From NCBI GenBank assembly GCA_051294905.1, contig CM119373.1:5952001-6016000 (forward strand): a stretch of DNA of 64,000 nucleotides, in the 5' to 3' direction. Source of the DNA: Botryllus schlosseri (taxonomy: Eukaryota). The position numbers were made by a program, and so were the translations under genes. Shown one piece after another: positions 1 to 13,500 of the stretch (positions are counted from its first letter, which is position 1; the number at the start of each line of letters is the position of its first letter). The notes under the pieces were generated by a model that was not told the origin of the DNA, made no database searches, and saw nothing but the letters and a program-made list of their open reading frames with translations.

Positions 1-1041
1 TTATCAGTCACTTTGTTGCATGCTATTATTACTTGACCTTCCATCAGGATTGTTGGTATAGTTAGGAGCACACGATTGCGAGTTTGTATTTAAATATGGG
101 GCGCATCATTTTCCTCTGCTGTTCGAATCTGTACTGTGGGAACTGCTTAGAAAAGGGCGCTGCTATATATCAAAATCCAAAAATGAAGGCACATTGAATC
201 CGCGCGCAGCGCGAAGAAAATTTCAAGATCAGGTATAATGTCTCAAGAAATCGGGAGTCAATTCGTAAATTAAAATTGCATGTCGACAGCCACCAGCACA
301 TACTAATTGCATTCCGTGTCCACGGCCGCACAAATTTCCTTCTACGGCCGCAGGTCGGTTCCCCTGATGTAGGCCTACCGCGTTAAAACACTGATGTGAC
401 GTCTTAATATCAGCAATGCACTCATTACTATCAAGACCACCAGTCAGATATAATGATATGAATATTCAAGTCTGACTGAAGCAAGAATAATATCAGCGTC
501 TGACCTTATTGACAGAAGATTCCCGTTCAAACGAATCGAATAAAATCAAAATTTGTGCTGCTGAGAAGCTGATGTAATTCAACGCCCTACAGTGCACACT
601 GGCAGCATTTCCCGTTCAACGTTTGCAAGGGGACGGTTTCTTCTAATAATATTGGTGCTTGTACTTGCGTATTCTGCACATTATCCTATCTCACCGCCAT
701 ACGTGGTCAGATTTGCCTGATGGAAGTGATATGAATTCGAAAATTCGCGGCATGTAATTGTACACGCCACGTGAAGAAGACTGTTCGTTAGTTTCTCACA
801 GATAACTTCGAGCTAGCCCATTGTTATTTATAACTTTGTTAAACCATGTTATTTCGCCATTCCCAGAAAAGATTGCGCTATTGAAATGATATCAGTATCG
901 CTCACGCGTACGAGACCATAATAAAAGAAAAATCTCTTTCGTGAGGTGTACGTCATTGCAAATTATGAGTTATTCACAGAGCGCAATATTTACCTTTACG
1001 GGCTGCACTTGTATTTCAGCGACAACACTATTTCACCCTGG

Positions 1042-1192
1042 CAATGTTCCCTCTAATTTTTCAAGAGTCTTCGCGTTTGCGCGGTCCCTTGAGAACAGTG
1101 CGCAACGACTAAAAAAAATCATCACTTCGGATTTCTTTGTGCGCAGCTTGGATTTTCTGTGCGCGCACGTGCGCAGCTTAGAGGGAACATTG
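1042..1192. mobile_element. Short MITE with 15-bp TIR CAATGTTCCCTCTAA (hAT-like)
   Basis: CAATGTTCCCTCTAA at 1042 and its reverse complement TTAGAGGGAACATTG ending at 1192; internal GTGCGC motifs; no clear TSD. Confidence 0.6.
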
Positions 1193-2201
1193 CTCCTTAT
1201 CATGATATCACAAAATATTAAAAAGTGCAACCAGAATGCTAGCAATCCCTATACGGATAGTTTGATGGCATGGAAGTTTTTGACTGTTGATGAGTGAATT
1301 ATGAAATATCAAAGTCGGACAACATACAGAGGAGCAACTATAAGTTGTGGGTAAATCGCGCCGGGCGCGAAACAAATTTCATTAAACTTGAGCTTCGCGC
1401 CGACTTCGGATGCTTCATGCCCCCCAATTCGAGAACCACGACACTGAAATGAATGTATATGCAATAACACAAAGCTTATTTTCTTGGTCGCTGCCTTACC
1501 GAGCCGTGTTCAGCTTAAATAGCCTTAATGTTGAGTGAAGCTTGCAGTTTGCAGTCTGAAATTCGCCCTCCCTTGACCCAGTATGTCGTGTTGTTGTCAT
1601 ACGGTCAACATTAATTAAAGCCCTCAATCTCGGCGACATGCCCGGCAAAAATACCCCTGACTCCAATATTCAAATATTTAGTGGTCTAAAGTCTAAATCT
1701 TCTTTGAACTTCAGTTTTTGGCTTTTTTTGGCATGCCCGGTAATCCTTTATGGTGGATAGATATGTTGAGTCATATAGTAATCGCGAGCACTGATTGACT
1801 CGATTTATGAATTGGGGATTTGGAAGCGTATCACGTAACAATTTGAAACACATACCGTATAATGCGTACTGTGACAATGGCAACAAAGAAGGTTTGAACT
1901 AAACTATATAGAAAGAGTGATTTCTTGTGACTTTAATGGCTACTCATACTTTGCCGCATTGCTGTTATTTCGAATCTGGATTACGCATGTGAGGTACGTA
2001 GGCACCGTAATCGTGGCATAATAATGGACGGCTTCAGGGTAAACGAATTTCCTGTTGAGTTGATGCAGCCTATGGTTTTAGTCATTCAAAAGGCAAGTTT
2101 TATGTTTTGAATTCTAAGCAACCTTTCGCGGGCAGGACATTGCCCAGCTCTGAAACAGATGAAGATGGATGGATATGAAAGCTGGCAACAAAGTGAGGTA
2201 C

Positions 2202-5200
2202 CTCCGCTCCTGATTTTGCTTTTCGTTCTTCGATGACGTGGCTCGCAACAGCCCTGAAGTATGCCATGTTTTCGCGTCCCAGCAACGAGTAATTGAAGAA
2301 TTCCAAAACCCTTTCAAATGGCGGATAGATGACTGTAAATGAAATTAAGTAGGTTACAAGTGGAATGTGGGACGTGATAAAATCTATAGGCAGATCATAA
2401 GGAACATAGGCCTATATGCGCGTACGACCAGGAACACGAATCTACAGTACACAAATATTTAGTCAAACTCATGCTGCAGTAATTGCGTCAAACTCTAATG
2501 CTATCCACAAGTACGTGGGGGCCACTGCTGGGATGAATTATTGGTTTAGGGAATACATTGGGACAAAGCAGTTAAAATTATCCTCCGGTTCACTCACGGC
2601 AGATAATAGGGAGCGGATTGAAAAGCGATACGTTGAACAAGCTCCTAGCCCGCCTAGAAATTTCTGGTTCCTTCTGCGTGTCGTCTTGCGAATTAACTTC
2701 AGTGCTGAATGCCGCAGAGCAGATGATATCGAGGGATAGTCGAGAGAATATTCTGAGGAATATGATGAGTAATTATCAAGGGTCTGATACTTGTGTTATA
2801 CTGCGAGAAGCCATGAAGCACGGTTTATTCCATTTCCCAATTTGTTACTAATCAGAGCATATAAACGTAGTCGGGATGAGAATTTAGTGGTCGGGTACAG
2901 AATGTCTCCGAACAATCACGTGACATCACGAATACCCGTTTTGACGCGAGGAAAACGAACGACGTCACAGTGTTCACGTTGGAAATTAGGGGTCATTGGC
3001 AACTTTGCTTCGCCTCACTTGGTGGTTTAAAAGGACGAGTTTGGATGATGATTCGAATTACTGAAAAAGTTTAATGAATAATTGGAAATGTTCCACATCA
3101 AAATTCAAAACTAGTTTACTATCACTAATCCGAATCCGATTTAAATACTGTCACTTTCAGATCATTTTTTCTCGACTACAAATTTAAGTTCATCTATGAT
3201 GAGGGTGTAAAACAGGTACGGTTATAATGAATAATACATATAAATACAAAGGATGCACTACTGTAGACCTATTTCTAGCTTGAGACGAAATCTCAACTAC
3301 GTACTTTCTTGCATTGAAAACTCCTTGATTAGATCCAACGAGCCGGTCGAACGCGTCTGCGGCGTTGCCGACGCATCTGTCGATAATGTAGGTCATCTGT
3401 CTTATTTTGGACGCAGAAAATGTCGGAGTCAAAGACGATCTAATTCGCTTCCACTGAGCTCCTTCAGTCACTGTGAGTCCCTGATTTAGCTCAGCTCCAT
3501 TGATTTTGGATAGCGTTCGCTGTGAACACAGAAATTAATATTAATATTTGAGGTAACAAATGAAAAATAGCGGCGTATATCAGTTACGTCTTGTACGCCA
3601 CGACATTGTTCACTTTTTACGTGTCAGCAATTCACACAAAGTGGTTACACGGAAAGTATTAAGGTGTCTTCACTACGAGTATTGCCGCGTTGTTGTACAG
3701 ACGATACACTGGGAGAACATGAACATCCGATTCACTACAAAACATTGCCGGACATACCGTATCCAGTAACAGAATCTGAATTTAGTCGATTAGTGATAGA
3801 CGGTGTTTTCGAGAACTGGAATTGTCACTGCGAGTCTTGAAACCTTACTCGGTCCTACCGCAGCATCGGCCATTTGCAGCACAAATTTATGCAATTATTT
3901 CAATGTAATGTTCGCGTGGAGACATTTCAGTGAAATGTAGTGGTTGAGTTGAGATATTGTCACCAAGGACTAGCGTTTCAACTGCGAGTGCCAAAACAGC
4001 AAAAGTTATAATAACTTGGCATTCAAAATAACTCAAGCAAACCCTAACTGTACCCGAACTTTCGCAGGCGCGTATCTTTTTCTGGATAACAATTGGTATC
4101 CAATATTTACATTTGTGGGCTTAATTCTATAATATTGTACCCGCACTGCAAAGTTACTTACTTTTCTTACGGGAAATGAGTGAAAATCCTTGATGAATAT
4201 CTGTCTTAACATGTCCGGATCGTGAATGGTGATGCTTGGTGACAGCATCGAATAGGCGCTGAAACGTGGTACGGGTTTTTCGATGTAACGAATAAGATGA
4301 TGGATTTAACAAACATTACTAAAAGCTGGTGGGAATTGCCTTTAAAGGGATGTGACACATAAACTTCTAGTATCTAAACTTATGAATGTGGAAGCAGCCG
4401 AATAAATAGTGCAGCAAAGATAAGTTTTACTATACATTATGCGAATGCCACGTCAACAATTTAGTGCAAATGGCCTATTCCCAGATTTCATATCTTGTTG
4501 TTGTCATCACCATTCATGTTAAGGTGTGAAGTTACTTGGTTATTATTATTCGAGTCTTACCCCCATATTGGTCCGTGCTTTTTCTTCATATCATTGTCGT
4601 ACGTAAATGCAGTCTGAATGAATACAATAATATTTCAAAGCCTATGTATTATTTGCTATGACCGTTTTGCTAGCATTCGGATCATATCGAAATGCGCTTA
4701 CTTTTTTACCCAAGAGAAGGCCCATGTGACCTAATTGAGATATACTGGGAGAGTCGTGAGGAATATTCAGCTCCTTGAGATACTGCCATTGGCGATGCGC
4801 GTAGTACCTAAATGACGAATATAAGACTAGGGTTATTATACGCCTACGCCCCCGCTTGGGCTGATGTATTTTGATAAAAGTCGACTTCAAGGCACACATA
4901 TGAAAGTGTGAGCGGCCCCTCTCGATGACATGAAATCTGTCGTCTCGATAATTTTTCGCACAGGCAGGATTATCCAACAGATGTTTGCCAATGGCCGAAT
5001 TTATGGCCTTTGAACGCTCAGCGTCAAGTTTGAGAGGATTGTAAGTCCGTAAACATATTTTTCGAGACGGCACTATGAAAAAACACGCCGTGAAATACAA
5101 ACGCACTCGTCGGCTTGCTGAGGCCAAGAGGGGGATTTCAGAGCATTTGCTAGCAAAACTCTCAAAACAACGAAACTAAAGGCGACGCTACGCACAGATC

Positions 5201-5969
5201 GGGACCAAGACCCGCTTTGTAATATCCCAAATACATTTTGACGTCTCTACAGAAAAGGGGGTATGGAAAAATATTATTTAAGTGAGTTAAGATTGTTTCG
5301 TGTCTCGCATTGTTTTGGATGTTGTCACTGGATGGATCCCTAAATATATTTTTTTGCAAATTAACCCTCACTTTGTCGTAGCCTAAATTTAACACATCCA
5401 CTTAGCTAGCAGCTTGTGATAACAATGTAATGCGCTGTTTCCCATCCAGAAATGAAATAAGCCACGGAATTTAGTTAGCACTTTTGGCCTGGCCCGCAAA
5501 CCAATCTTTTGCTTCTCATTTCGAAAGCGTAGAAAACTAATTGGCCACCCCTCATTTAACTTGGAGGTTCAAGCCGTCTCCGGTGACGACATGCGAGCGA
5601 CAAGTACGAGCTAACTCGCTGAACAGTGCAGTTTACACGATAATTCCTTTGCGATTCATTCATTTTATGGATAACCCCGTATCTCTGTTCTCAAAAAACG
5701 GTTCCATAATTGACATTTTGGGTTGATTTCAGTTTTTATAGTCCACCGGTCCTCCAAATATTTTTTTGAAATTTTACCGGTCCGCGAGGTGAAAAGGTTG
5801 AGAACCACTGGTATAATGCTCATCGGTGATAGATATATTAGACAATAGACAGGTCTCTATATACGTTTAGACCAAAACGGCGATGTACAATAACTCACCA
5901 GAGTAGCCCGAAAATGACCACCATCAGAGTCCATGTTTCTTTGGACAAAATATTTATCACCGCTATCAT
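2202..5969 (-). CDS. Cytochrome P450, clan 3 / CYP3A-like, copy A (partial: exons 1-7 only)
   Basis: Exons with canonical GT-AG ends and consistent phases: 5969-5899 (MIAVINILSKETWTLMVVIFGLLW, membrane anchor), 4807-4702, 4613-4561 (KKHGPIWG), 4258-4162 (ITIHDPDMLRQIFIKDF), 3519-3305 (C-helix WKRIRSSLTPTFS), 2752-2598 (LDIICSAAFS), 2332-2202. Exons 8-13 were not found in 1-2201. Confidence 0.9.
4858..5075 (-). mobile_element. Penelope-like retroelement GIY-YIG endonuclease C-terminal relic (intron 1 of copy A)
   Basis: ORF 4642-5127 contains SAIGKHLLDNPACAKNYRDDRFHVIERGRSHFHMCALKSTFIKIHQP. This matches the SAIGxHLLxNPxCAxxYxDxxFxIIxxARSxFHLxxLExxYIKxxxP end of PLE endonucleases (recognised by pattern, not by search). 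Confidence 0.7.
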
Positions 5970-6021
5970 ACTCTTACATGAACTGCACCCTGGAAATTGA
6001 AACATTGTTGGATATTTCGAG

Positions 6022-6176
6022 CAGTGTTGGGATGAATCGAGTCATGACTTGACTCGAGTCACCTTTTTCGTATGACTTGACTTGACTCGAGTCACCTTCG
6101 AAAATCGATTGACTTGACTCCAGTCAAAATATGCAATGACTCGTGACTCGAAGGTAGTGACTTGATCCCAACACTG
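6022..6176. mobile_element. hAT MITE, GACTC/GACTT-array family (155 bp)
   Basis: TIR CAGTGTTGGGAT...ATCCCAACACTG; perfect 8-bp TSD ATTTCGAG (6014-6021 / 6177-6184). Confidence 0.9.
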
Positions 6177-6389
6177 ATTTCGAGCGTACTAGGATACGAG
6201 CCCGGCTGAATATCGTGTCGCCGATAATATAGAGTTGATATCAAACGTTGACAGAAACATCGGAATCGGCCAGCAGATAATTTTCGGTAATACGTAGTCA
6301 GAGAACTATAAATTGCGACTTATAGACTGGAAATTTCGAGAGATAGACAGAGAGATGATATTCTTTTTCGCTTGCACCATCGAGATGCT

Positions 6390-6546
6390 TTGACGACCCC
6401 CGTTTTTTCATCTCCTCCATGCTATCCGTGATTGCTGAGCGCCCAGCAGGAGAGCCAATATCAATTTTCAAGTCTTTGGCCGGCCGGGTATCGAACCCAC
6501 GACCGACCGATCGAGAAGCCGGACGCACAACCATTACACTATCTCG
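6390..6546 (-). mobile_element. tRNA-derived SINE, family 1
   Basis: Minus strand has an A-box-like TAGTGTAATGG and a B-box-like GGTTCGATACC, followed by a non-tRNA body (CTCCTGCTGGGCGCTCAGCAAT). A homologous copy lies at ~19385-19567. Confidence 0.75.
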
Positions 6547-7533
6547 ATATATTTCTTACAGCTTACAAGTATCCAGATGAAGCCTTTGTCTGGTGCATTG
6601 CCCGCCAATGGAATAACGCAGACAGATACAGGCTTGTTCTATAGACTAGCCTAAACCCAGCAGACTAGCTCGAATAGAAGCAGCATTGGTTGTAGTTGTG
6701 TGACCAAACACTCGAATTTAGTCCGCAAATGAAATCCGGTAAAATCGAAATCTCAAAGATATTAACTTCGTAGTACTATTATTCGATAAGTTCGATATAT
6801 GGACAGTAGCCATCGCCTATCACAACATGACTGCCACTAAACTTCTTGCCTCGCTATCTCTGTTGCCTACGCTGATGGAATGAATGATACAATTTCATAT
6901 TCATTGAAATCGCTATCTTCATTCTATACGTACAGAATAGGATACGCGTGGATGGCCAATAAGTCTCGACGAAATGTAGACAATCGCATCGTCATGTTGA
7001 CACCTGGGAGATATTAAATATTTGCGTTTGATTATGAGTTCTGAGAGTCACCATTATCAGAGAACTCTTTTGAATTAACTCATCAGAAGACTTGTTATGT
7101 CTACAACATAAATAATTCGATGGGCAGGTAGATGGGTAACGGTATTCTGCCCTGCGATCGATATGTGTGCGAATAGCTGTCTTTGACACTAATCTTGCTC
7201 AAAACACCCAGATTGGGCGATATAATCCCTAGTATAATACAATGCACATAGCTTATATCTTATATTTTGCACTCCAGTAAAATTAGCTACATCGTCAACC
7301 CCAATGTCAATAATTTTGCAATAAAATATGACATGCACGATGTCCAACATTCTCTATTTTAATTTCCAAACAACCGTAAGTGGTATAGTCCCATACATGT
7401 AGGGTAGCCGTCAGTACGAGAATATATGTGCCGTGTGCACTATGCAGATATACGATTTGGCTTATATCCCTCATCTTGCGGCAGTGCATGTCCTGGATGA
7501 AGTAGGAAACCAATCGTGAAATACGCAGTGCTT

Positions 7534-10500
7534 TTAAGCGAATATCTCATTTCTTCTGACTGCACGAAGGTTGTAATCGACAATTGATCTAATGTTGACA
7601 CCAAATCCAAGTTTCAGAGGAGGTTTCTGAAATAAAAATGTGATTATATATTTTCAACTTAACACACACGTAATAATCCGCGGTAAAAATACTTCGGTAA
7701 AGTAGAGGAATCTCATGCGTTGTTACAAATCGTGTATTGTTAAAAACTTGATGGTCACTTGGAGTTATAAAAAAACTCATTCTCTGAGTTATTACTGAAG
7801 TTACCACGCTAATGCACATCGGGTAGGAGATACTTTGCAATCATGCTAATATGGATGCGGCTACTGCTGGCTCCATGCTTCGCACAAGGAGAATTTCGTT
7901 GCGCTGTAATCACAGCTGGGATCGGATTTTCAGTAGCTCAAACTCAAAACCAGTATAATATAAGAGTTTGGGAAAGGTTGATGCAGATAACAATCCCAGA
8001 AATAGCGGAGACATCGCACAATTTCTGAACACGCATTGAATTAACGTATTTACCAATTGACCAAAATAAAATTGAATTAGGGACCAACAAAGGTTTAATT
8101 TAAAGATTTATACATATACGCAGCATTACTCAAACAAAATTGAAGTCATAATACCGGCGTAGTTTCAGTAGGTTCGAAGGTGTATTGTCGTAGAAGATGA
8201 GCCATACTCAGTTTGATCTCCATCAGAGCGAATCGCATAGCGATGCAATTCCGTGGACCTCCGCCGAATGGTTGATAGACCATCGGGTCGATTTGGGTCA
8301 TATCACTCATCCTAACGATATAGAGAAGGCTATCTAGTGTCACTGAATCGAAAGGACAAACCATAGGTAAGACATCTCACCTTTCAGGATTGAAAACCTC
8401 AGGCTCATCCCAGTATTCTGGGTCGCGCGATAGAGCGAATGTGGGTACATTTATCGAAATTCCTTTCGGTATGGTTAGACCGTTGATCGTTGTCTGGCTT
8501 TCACAAATCCTAGCATTTCTGTTAGATCAGAACCCGAGGGTGGTGGTTGCTTCTAATATGTTAAGCCTTAGGTCTACTTACCTTAAAGTGGGATTGTAGA
8601 TTCTTAGCGTCTCGTTCACACACATCTCGAGCCATTTCATTTCGGCAATGGCTTCGTAATCCAATTTATCCTGATGCCAAAAAAGTTGAAATTGAAACGC
8701 GATAAAATCGATTCGTGAGATTGGCAATTACTTCCTGCGTGCTGTTACCTTTTTCGCATAGGTTTCGTCGATTTCTTCCTGGACTTTCCTTTGAACTTGA
8801 GGGTGTTGCGCCAAGTTATAGGCTAAGAAACTCAAAGTGTTGCCGGTATTCTCGAAGCCTGCCAGTATCATGAGCATTGCGTTTCCAAGGATCTCTTTCC
8901 TGTCCATGCCTGTTTGAACACTGAACAGTTGAGATGTTAGCTGTTATTCTGGAGACAAGTTCAGCCGGCTGTTAGAATATCATTTTCGAAAGACTTCTAT
9001 GTATTAACGTCGTTATGTTCAATATAGTTCTTGGGGTTACTGGCTGTAAGCAAGAAAATACTATAACATGTTACTCACTTAAGAACGAGTAGTTCTTTTA
9101 GACCAGGGGTGGGCAACTTGCCCTGCGGGCCGCATGGGGACCGCAACACTGTTTTGTGCGGCCCGCGAAAGCCTCAAAAAACGTTGTAAACTATTGATAA
9201 AATGTGTACTAAAAATCAAACTACTGTTGGTACTTGATTAAACTTTTTCTTAATATATTTCAACATGATAATGATAAGTTATATTCTTGTCATAGTAAGT
9301 ATATTTTTATTTTATCGATGGCGCAATAGCCCCGATCTCGCGGCGCATGCGTTTTGAAAGGTTTCTATTGCTAAACATCACAGAAACAGCAAGTGAAACG
9401 TAAATCACCTAATTTGTAGCACGAGAGTGATTTTAGATCGGCAACACGAGCAAGTTTATTACTTTTAGTGTTGTACTTAGAAAAACCGATTCGTTTGTTT
9501 CATAGATTCGTTCTTTGTTTGTGGAGTAGTACCGTATTTGCAATACAACGGCAATATTGAACTTCGGCGGGAAGTATTATATCGGCGCACTAATTAGAAA
9601 CTTTACTAATTGTGCCTCCCACCTTTCTCCAATTTATTTGACTTCGCTTCTTCTTTTGATATTTCGTTATCCAGCATCAGTTGCATCAGGTCAACCCGCC
9701 GTGTCTAAACATGAAATATCGATGAGATAACACCGACACCAACGATGTAGGAGATAGGTTGTATACGAAAGTTAGATCATCCCTGATATTTGCAACTTTC
9801 TTAGGCGAGAGATATTTTTTGCTTCTGATTACGTCATTGTGTCGATATAGATCGAATGTTTTAAAATGTATCCATAAATTTTGACAATTCTATACAATGT
9901 GAACTTGATCTGGTGACTTCGATCGAATTTGGTCTCTAACGTCTTCGGCAATCGTCAGCATTCATTTTATGTATTAATATCAACTACCAGTGATGTAAGC
10001 TCCCATTGCAATCTATCATAAGACACCATATAGTACTCACCGCATATAATTGAAAAGATTATGAAGTTGTGGATACTCTAATCAATGTATCAAGCCAAAA
10101 GGAAGCCTATTCTCGCCCACAAAAGTCAGGTTCTTATAAGATAAGATGAAAATGCGATGGAACCGTAAGATTAAAGACTCAGCACGACCTATCCTCCTGT
10201 TCACGCTTTTCCAGAAGCGCCACGTCTGCTATCGTTTTACAAAAGAGTATTCGTCTTACTATCAGGATGCTCTTACTTAATAAAAATAGAAAACATCTTG
10301 AACCTGCGATTTTGAGTCGGTTCTCCGTTCATTGATCACTTGACCAGCCAGAGATGTGAAGTAGTGTAGCGGCTCCTGCCCCAGTATCGAATAATTGAAG
10401 AACTCTAACACTCTTTCGAATGGCGGCCATAGGACTACAAATGAAAATTAAATGGTTGTAGGAGAAGCCTATATACAGGGTTGGTAAACTGTCCTTATTT

Positions 10501-13500
10501 CTACGAATTGACCTTCTTTTGATGTCTTAAAAATTTACGTTGTCCATATTATACATATTTCTAGGGTTAGTCATTATATCTTCTTTTTGTCCATGTTTAC
10601 CGAGTTCTGATGAAAACTATACGAAAGTGAGTTAGACAGACAGGCAGACTGGCAGAGTCGTGTGTTAGCCACACTCTCGAATTTAAATTTCCAGTTTTCA
10701 GAGTGTTAAACATCCCATTTACTAGTCTTTACCGACATGGTAATAATGTTACCATCCATGGTACTTGACAACGTTTGCCGGTAGAATCTTGTTTAGGCCA
10801 GGCCGTAACATCAAATTTTAGACCGAGCCTTGGCATGCTGCTATTAGAACCCCAAAACGTACAACAGAATACATGGATCCTGTGGGAATTGGCCTGACGT
10901 AATCGTTACGGGCGATAAAAATATTTTCAATTATTCGTAATCGATAGTTTGGCTGAAGTTTTTGGAAGCGCCACTAAAGTTAATGAGAGCCACCAGCAAG
11001 CAAATTCAATCAACTCTCCACTTCATAAAATTCACACTCACAGCACATCAAAATCAACGGATTGAAAAACGACATCTTGAATAGATTCTTCGTCTGTCTT
11101 GCAATTTCGGGTTCCTTTTCCGTGTCGTCTTGCGAATTAACATCGGTGCTGAATGCGGCAGAGCATATGATGTCTAGAGACAGTCGCGAAAATATCCTGC
11201 ATAGAAGTAAATATCGCAATAAATACCCTATATTCAACTGCAACTTTTATTAGACGTTAGGTACAGACACACCGACACTGTTGTCATTTAATATCCATGG
11301 TGTTTCGACATCAGAGATCAAAAAACACAAATAATGTCTTCAATTATTACTAGTTGCCGACTCACAGCACGGCCCAATTTTTTCTAGGCTTTTCTACGAC
11401 AACGATTACACGGATCAGCCTATAATTTTACCACCTTTTGCAGAGATTGTGAGGTCGAACTTCTTAGAAATGCCCCGTACAGTAGTATGGGGCATGGGTG
11501 GTGAAAGAAGTCGAAAACTCGTAAATCGTTATCGTTCAGGAGTAACATGGCCAATGATCATGGATATAGACTCAACAACCAGAAAACCAACAACAAGTAC
11601 GTACGTTTTGGAATTGAAGATTCCATCATTCGCTGCAATCTTCCTATCTAAAGCAGACGCGGCATTCTGCGCGCATCTGTCGAAAATGTAAATCATCTGC
11701 TTTAGTTTGGCTGTTGAAAATGTAGGAGTCAAAGACGATCTGATACGCTTCCACTGACTTCCTTCGACTGACGTCAATGCCAGTTTCATCTCTTCCCCGT
11801 TAATCTTCGCAAGTGCTCTCTGATAACGAAGAATTTCAGGCATATTTCTCTTGTCGGTAGCCTTTACTCGCGGGTCCTTGCCGGGACTAACACGAGGCAG
11901 AAAACAAATTTAAGCAACCATCTACCGCTATGTACACATTGTTACAGCATACACAAGGCATGTCACACAATAAATGCCGCAGGTCAATACTGGGGATTGT
12001 GCGCTGTGTCACGAGGATAATAACGGAATAGCCGCATTCCCGCAATGTTAGTTGCCACAGACTGTTTGGCTTTCTGTCATTGTTTGTAAATAGCAATCAA
12101 GATGTAATATTGCTTTGCAGTAAGAGACGATTCCTCCCAGGTCAAAGCATATATAACGAAAATCATTTGCTAAGCAAGTGCCGTTTGAATCGTAACCGTA
12201 CTCCCAGGCAAGCCTCTAATGGCATGGCCTCCATAGACGTACCTTGACAAAGTTTGGTGTGCTATGGGAATTTCCCTATTCCACACCAACGTCACTCGTT
12301 CCATACCATACCAAAAATCTTGATTATCATATCTGATACTTTTCAATACTTTAGAAGTTGCTCACAACCCGAGATACAATTGTAACTTTAATCTCTGTCC
12401 CATACCCGTGAATTCCCATTCCATACCATACTTCCTTTTTTTCAAATTCCATACTATGTCCTGGGGACTTGCATAAACCATACTGGATTTTCAAATTGCT
12501 CAACTAGAACTGGAACTAGAACTACAACTACTCACTTATCAAATCTCGCATATGGAACCAGAACCAGAACTATAAAGACTTCTACAATTCCGCAACCAAC
12601 TAACTAAAATACAACTGACCAGATTCAATTCCGATGCAACCTTTTAAATTTTATCGTATCGGAGTCGAAATGGCATTTCCCATGAACATCAGTACAAGTT
12701 TCAAACCGCAATGGTTTCGACTCCCAAAATGGCGGCAAGAACATCACACAACATATCATCGGTATCACGATTCATGCCAAACGACCACACGTGTTTTCAA
12801 TTCTTATTTTATTGCGTAACTGAGACTAGAACTTAAACTACTCAATTTTCAAAATACACAGCTAGAAACAGAACAAATCAAAATCCAGTCTTTATAGTTG
12901 ACCGTCAACAAACTAGGTTGGTAGTTCGTTATTATTTCAATTGGATCTGAACCTCCTCTTGCAAGTTAACGAAAAGAATCCGAATGCGCAATTCATATCA
13001 AGTGAACATGAACATAAATGTGGCTATACATTACCTGTCGCACTGAAAAAGACTGGAATTCCTTGATATATATTTGTCTCAGCATTTGCGGATCATGTAT
13101 GGTGATGCTCGGTGTTAAAAATGAGTACGCGCTGAAATACGGATTGATCTCCTGTGAAGCTAGACGAATTTAGTAGCAAAATAAGATTGCGGGAAGAGGT
13201 AACAATCAGAGTTTATGTAAAAACCAGTCATTCTTCAATCGTATACGTAAGATTTGTACAAGAACAATGAGCATTTGATAATTATGCAAGTTACTCACTG
13301 TAACATCTCAATTGAATATTGTCATGACTATTGATTGATGTGTAACTTTCGATAAAATCCATCGTAGTTACATGTTGCATTGTAGTGAAACACTACGTTG
13401 TTATGTAAGGCCTTAATTATATTTACCCCCATATTGGTCCATGCTTCTTCTTCATTTCATTATCATACGTAAAGGCCTTTTAAATGAAAAGAAATAATTG

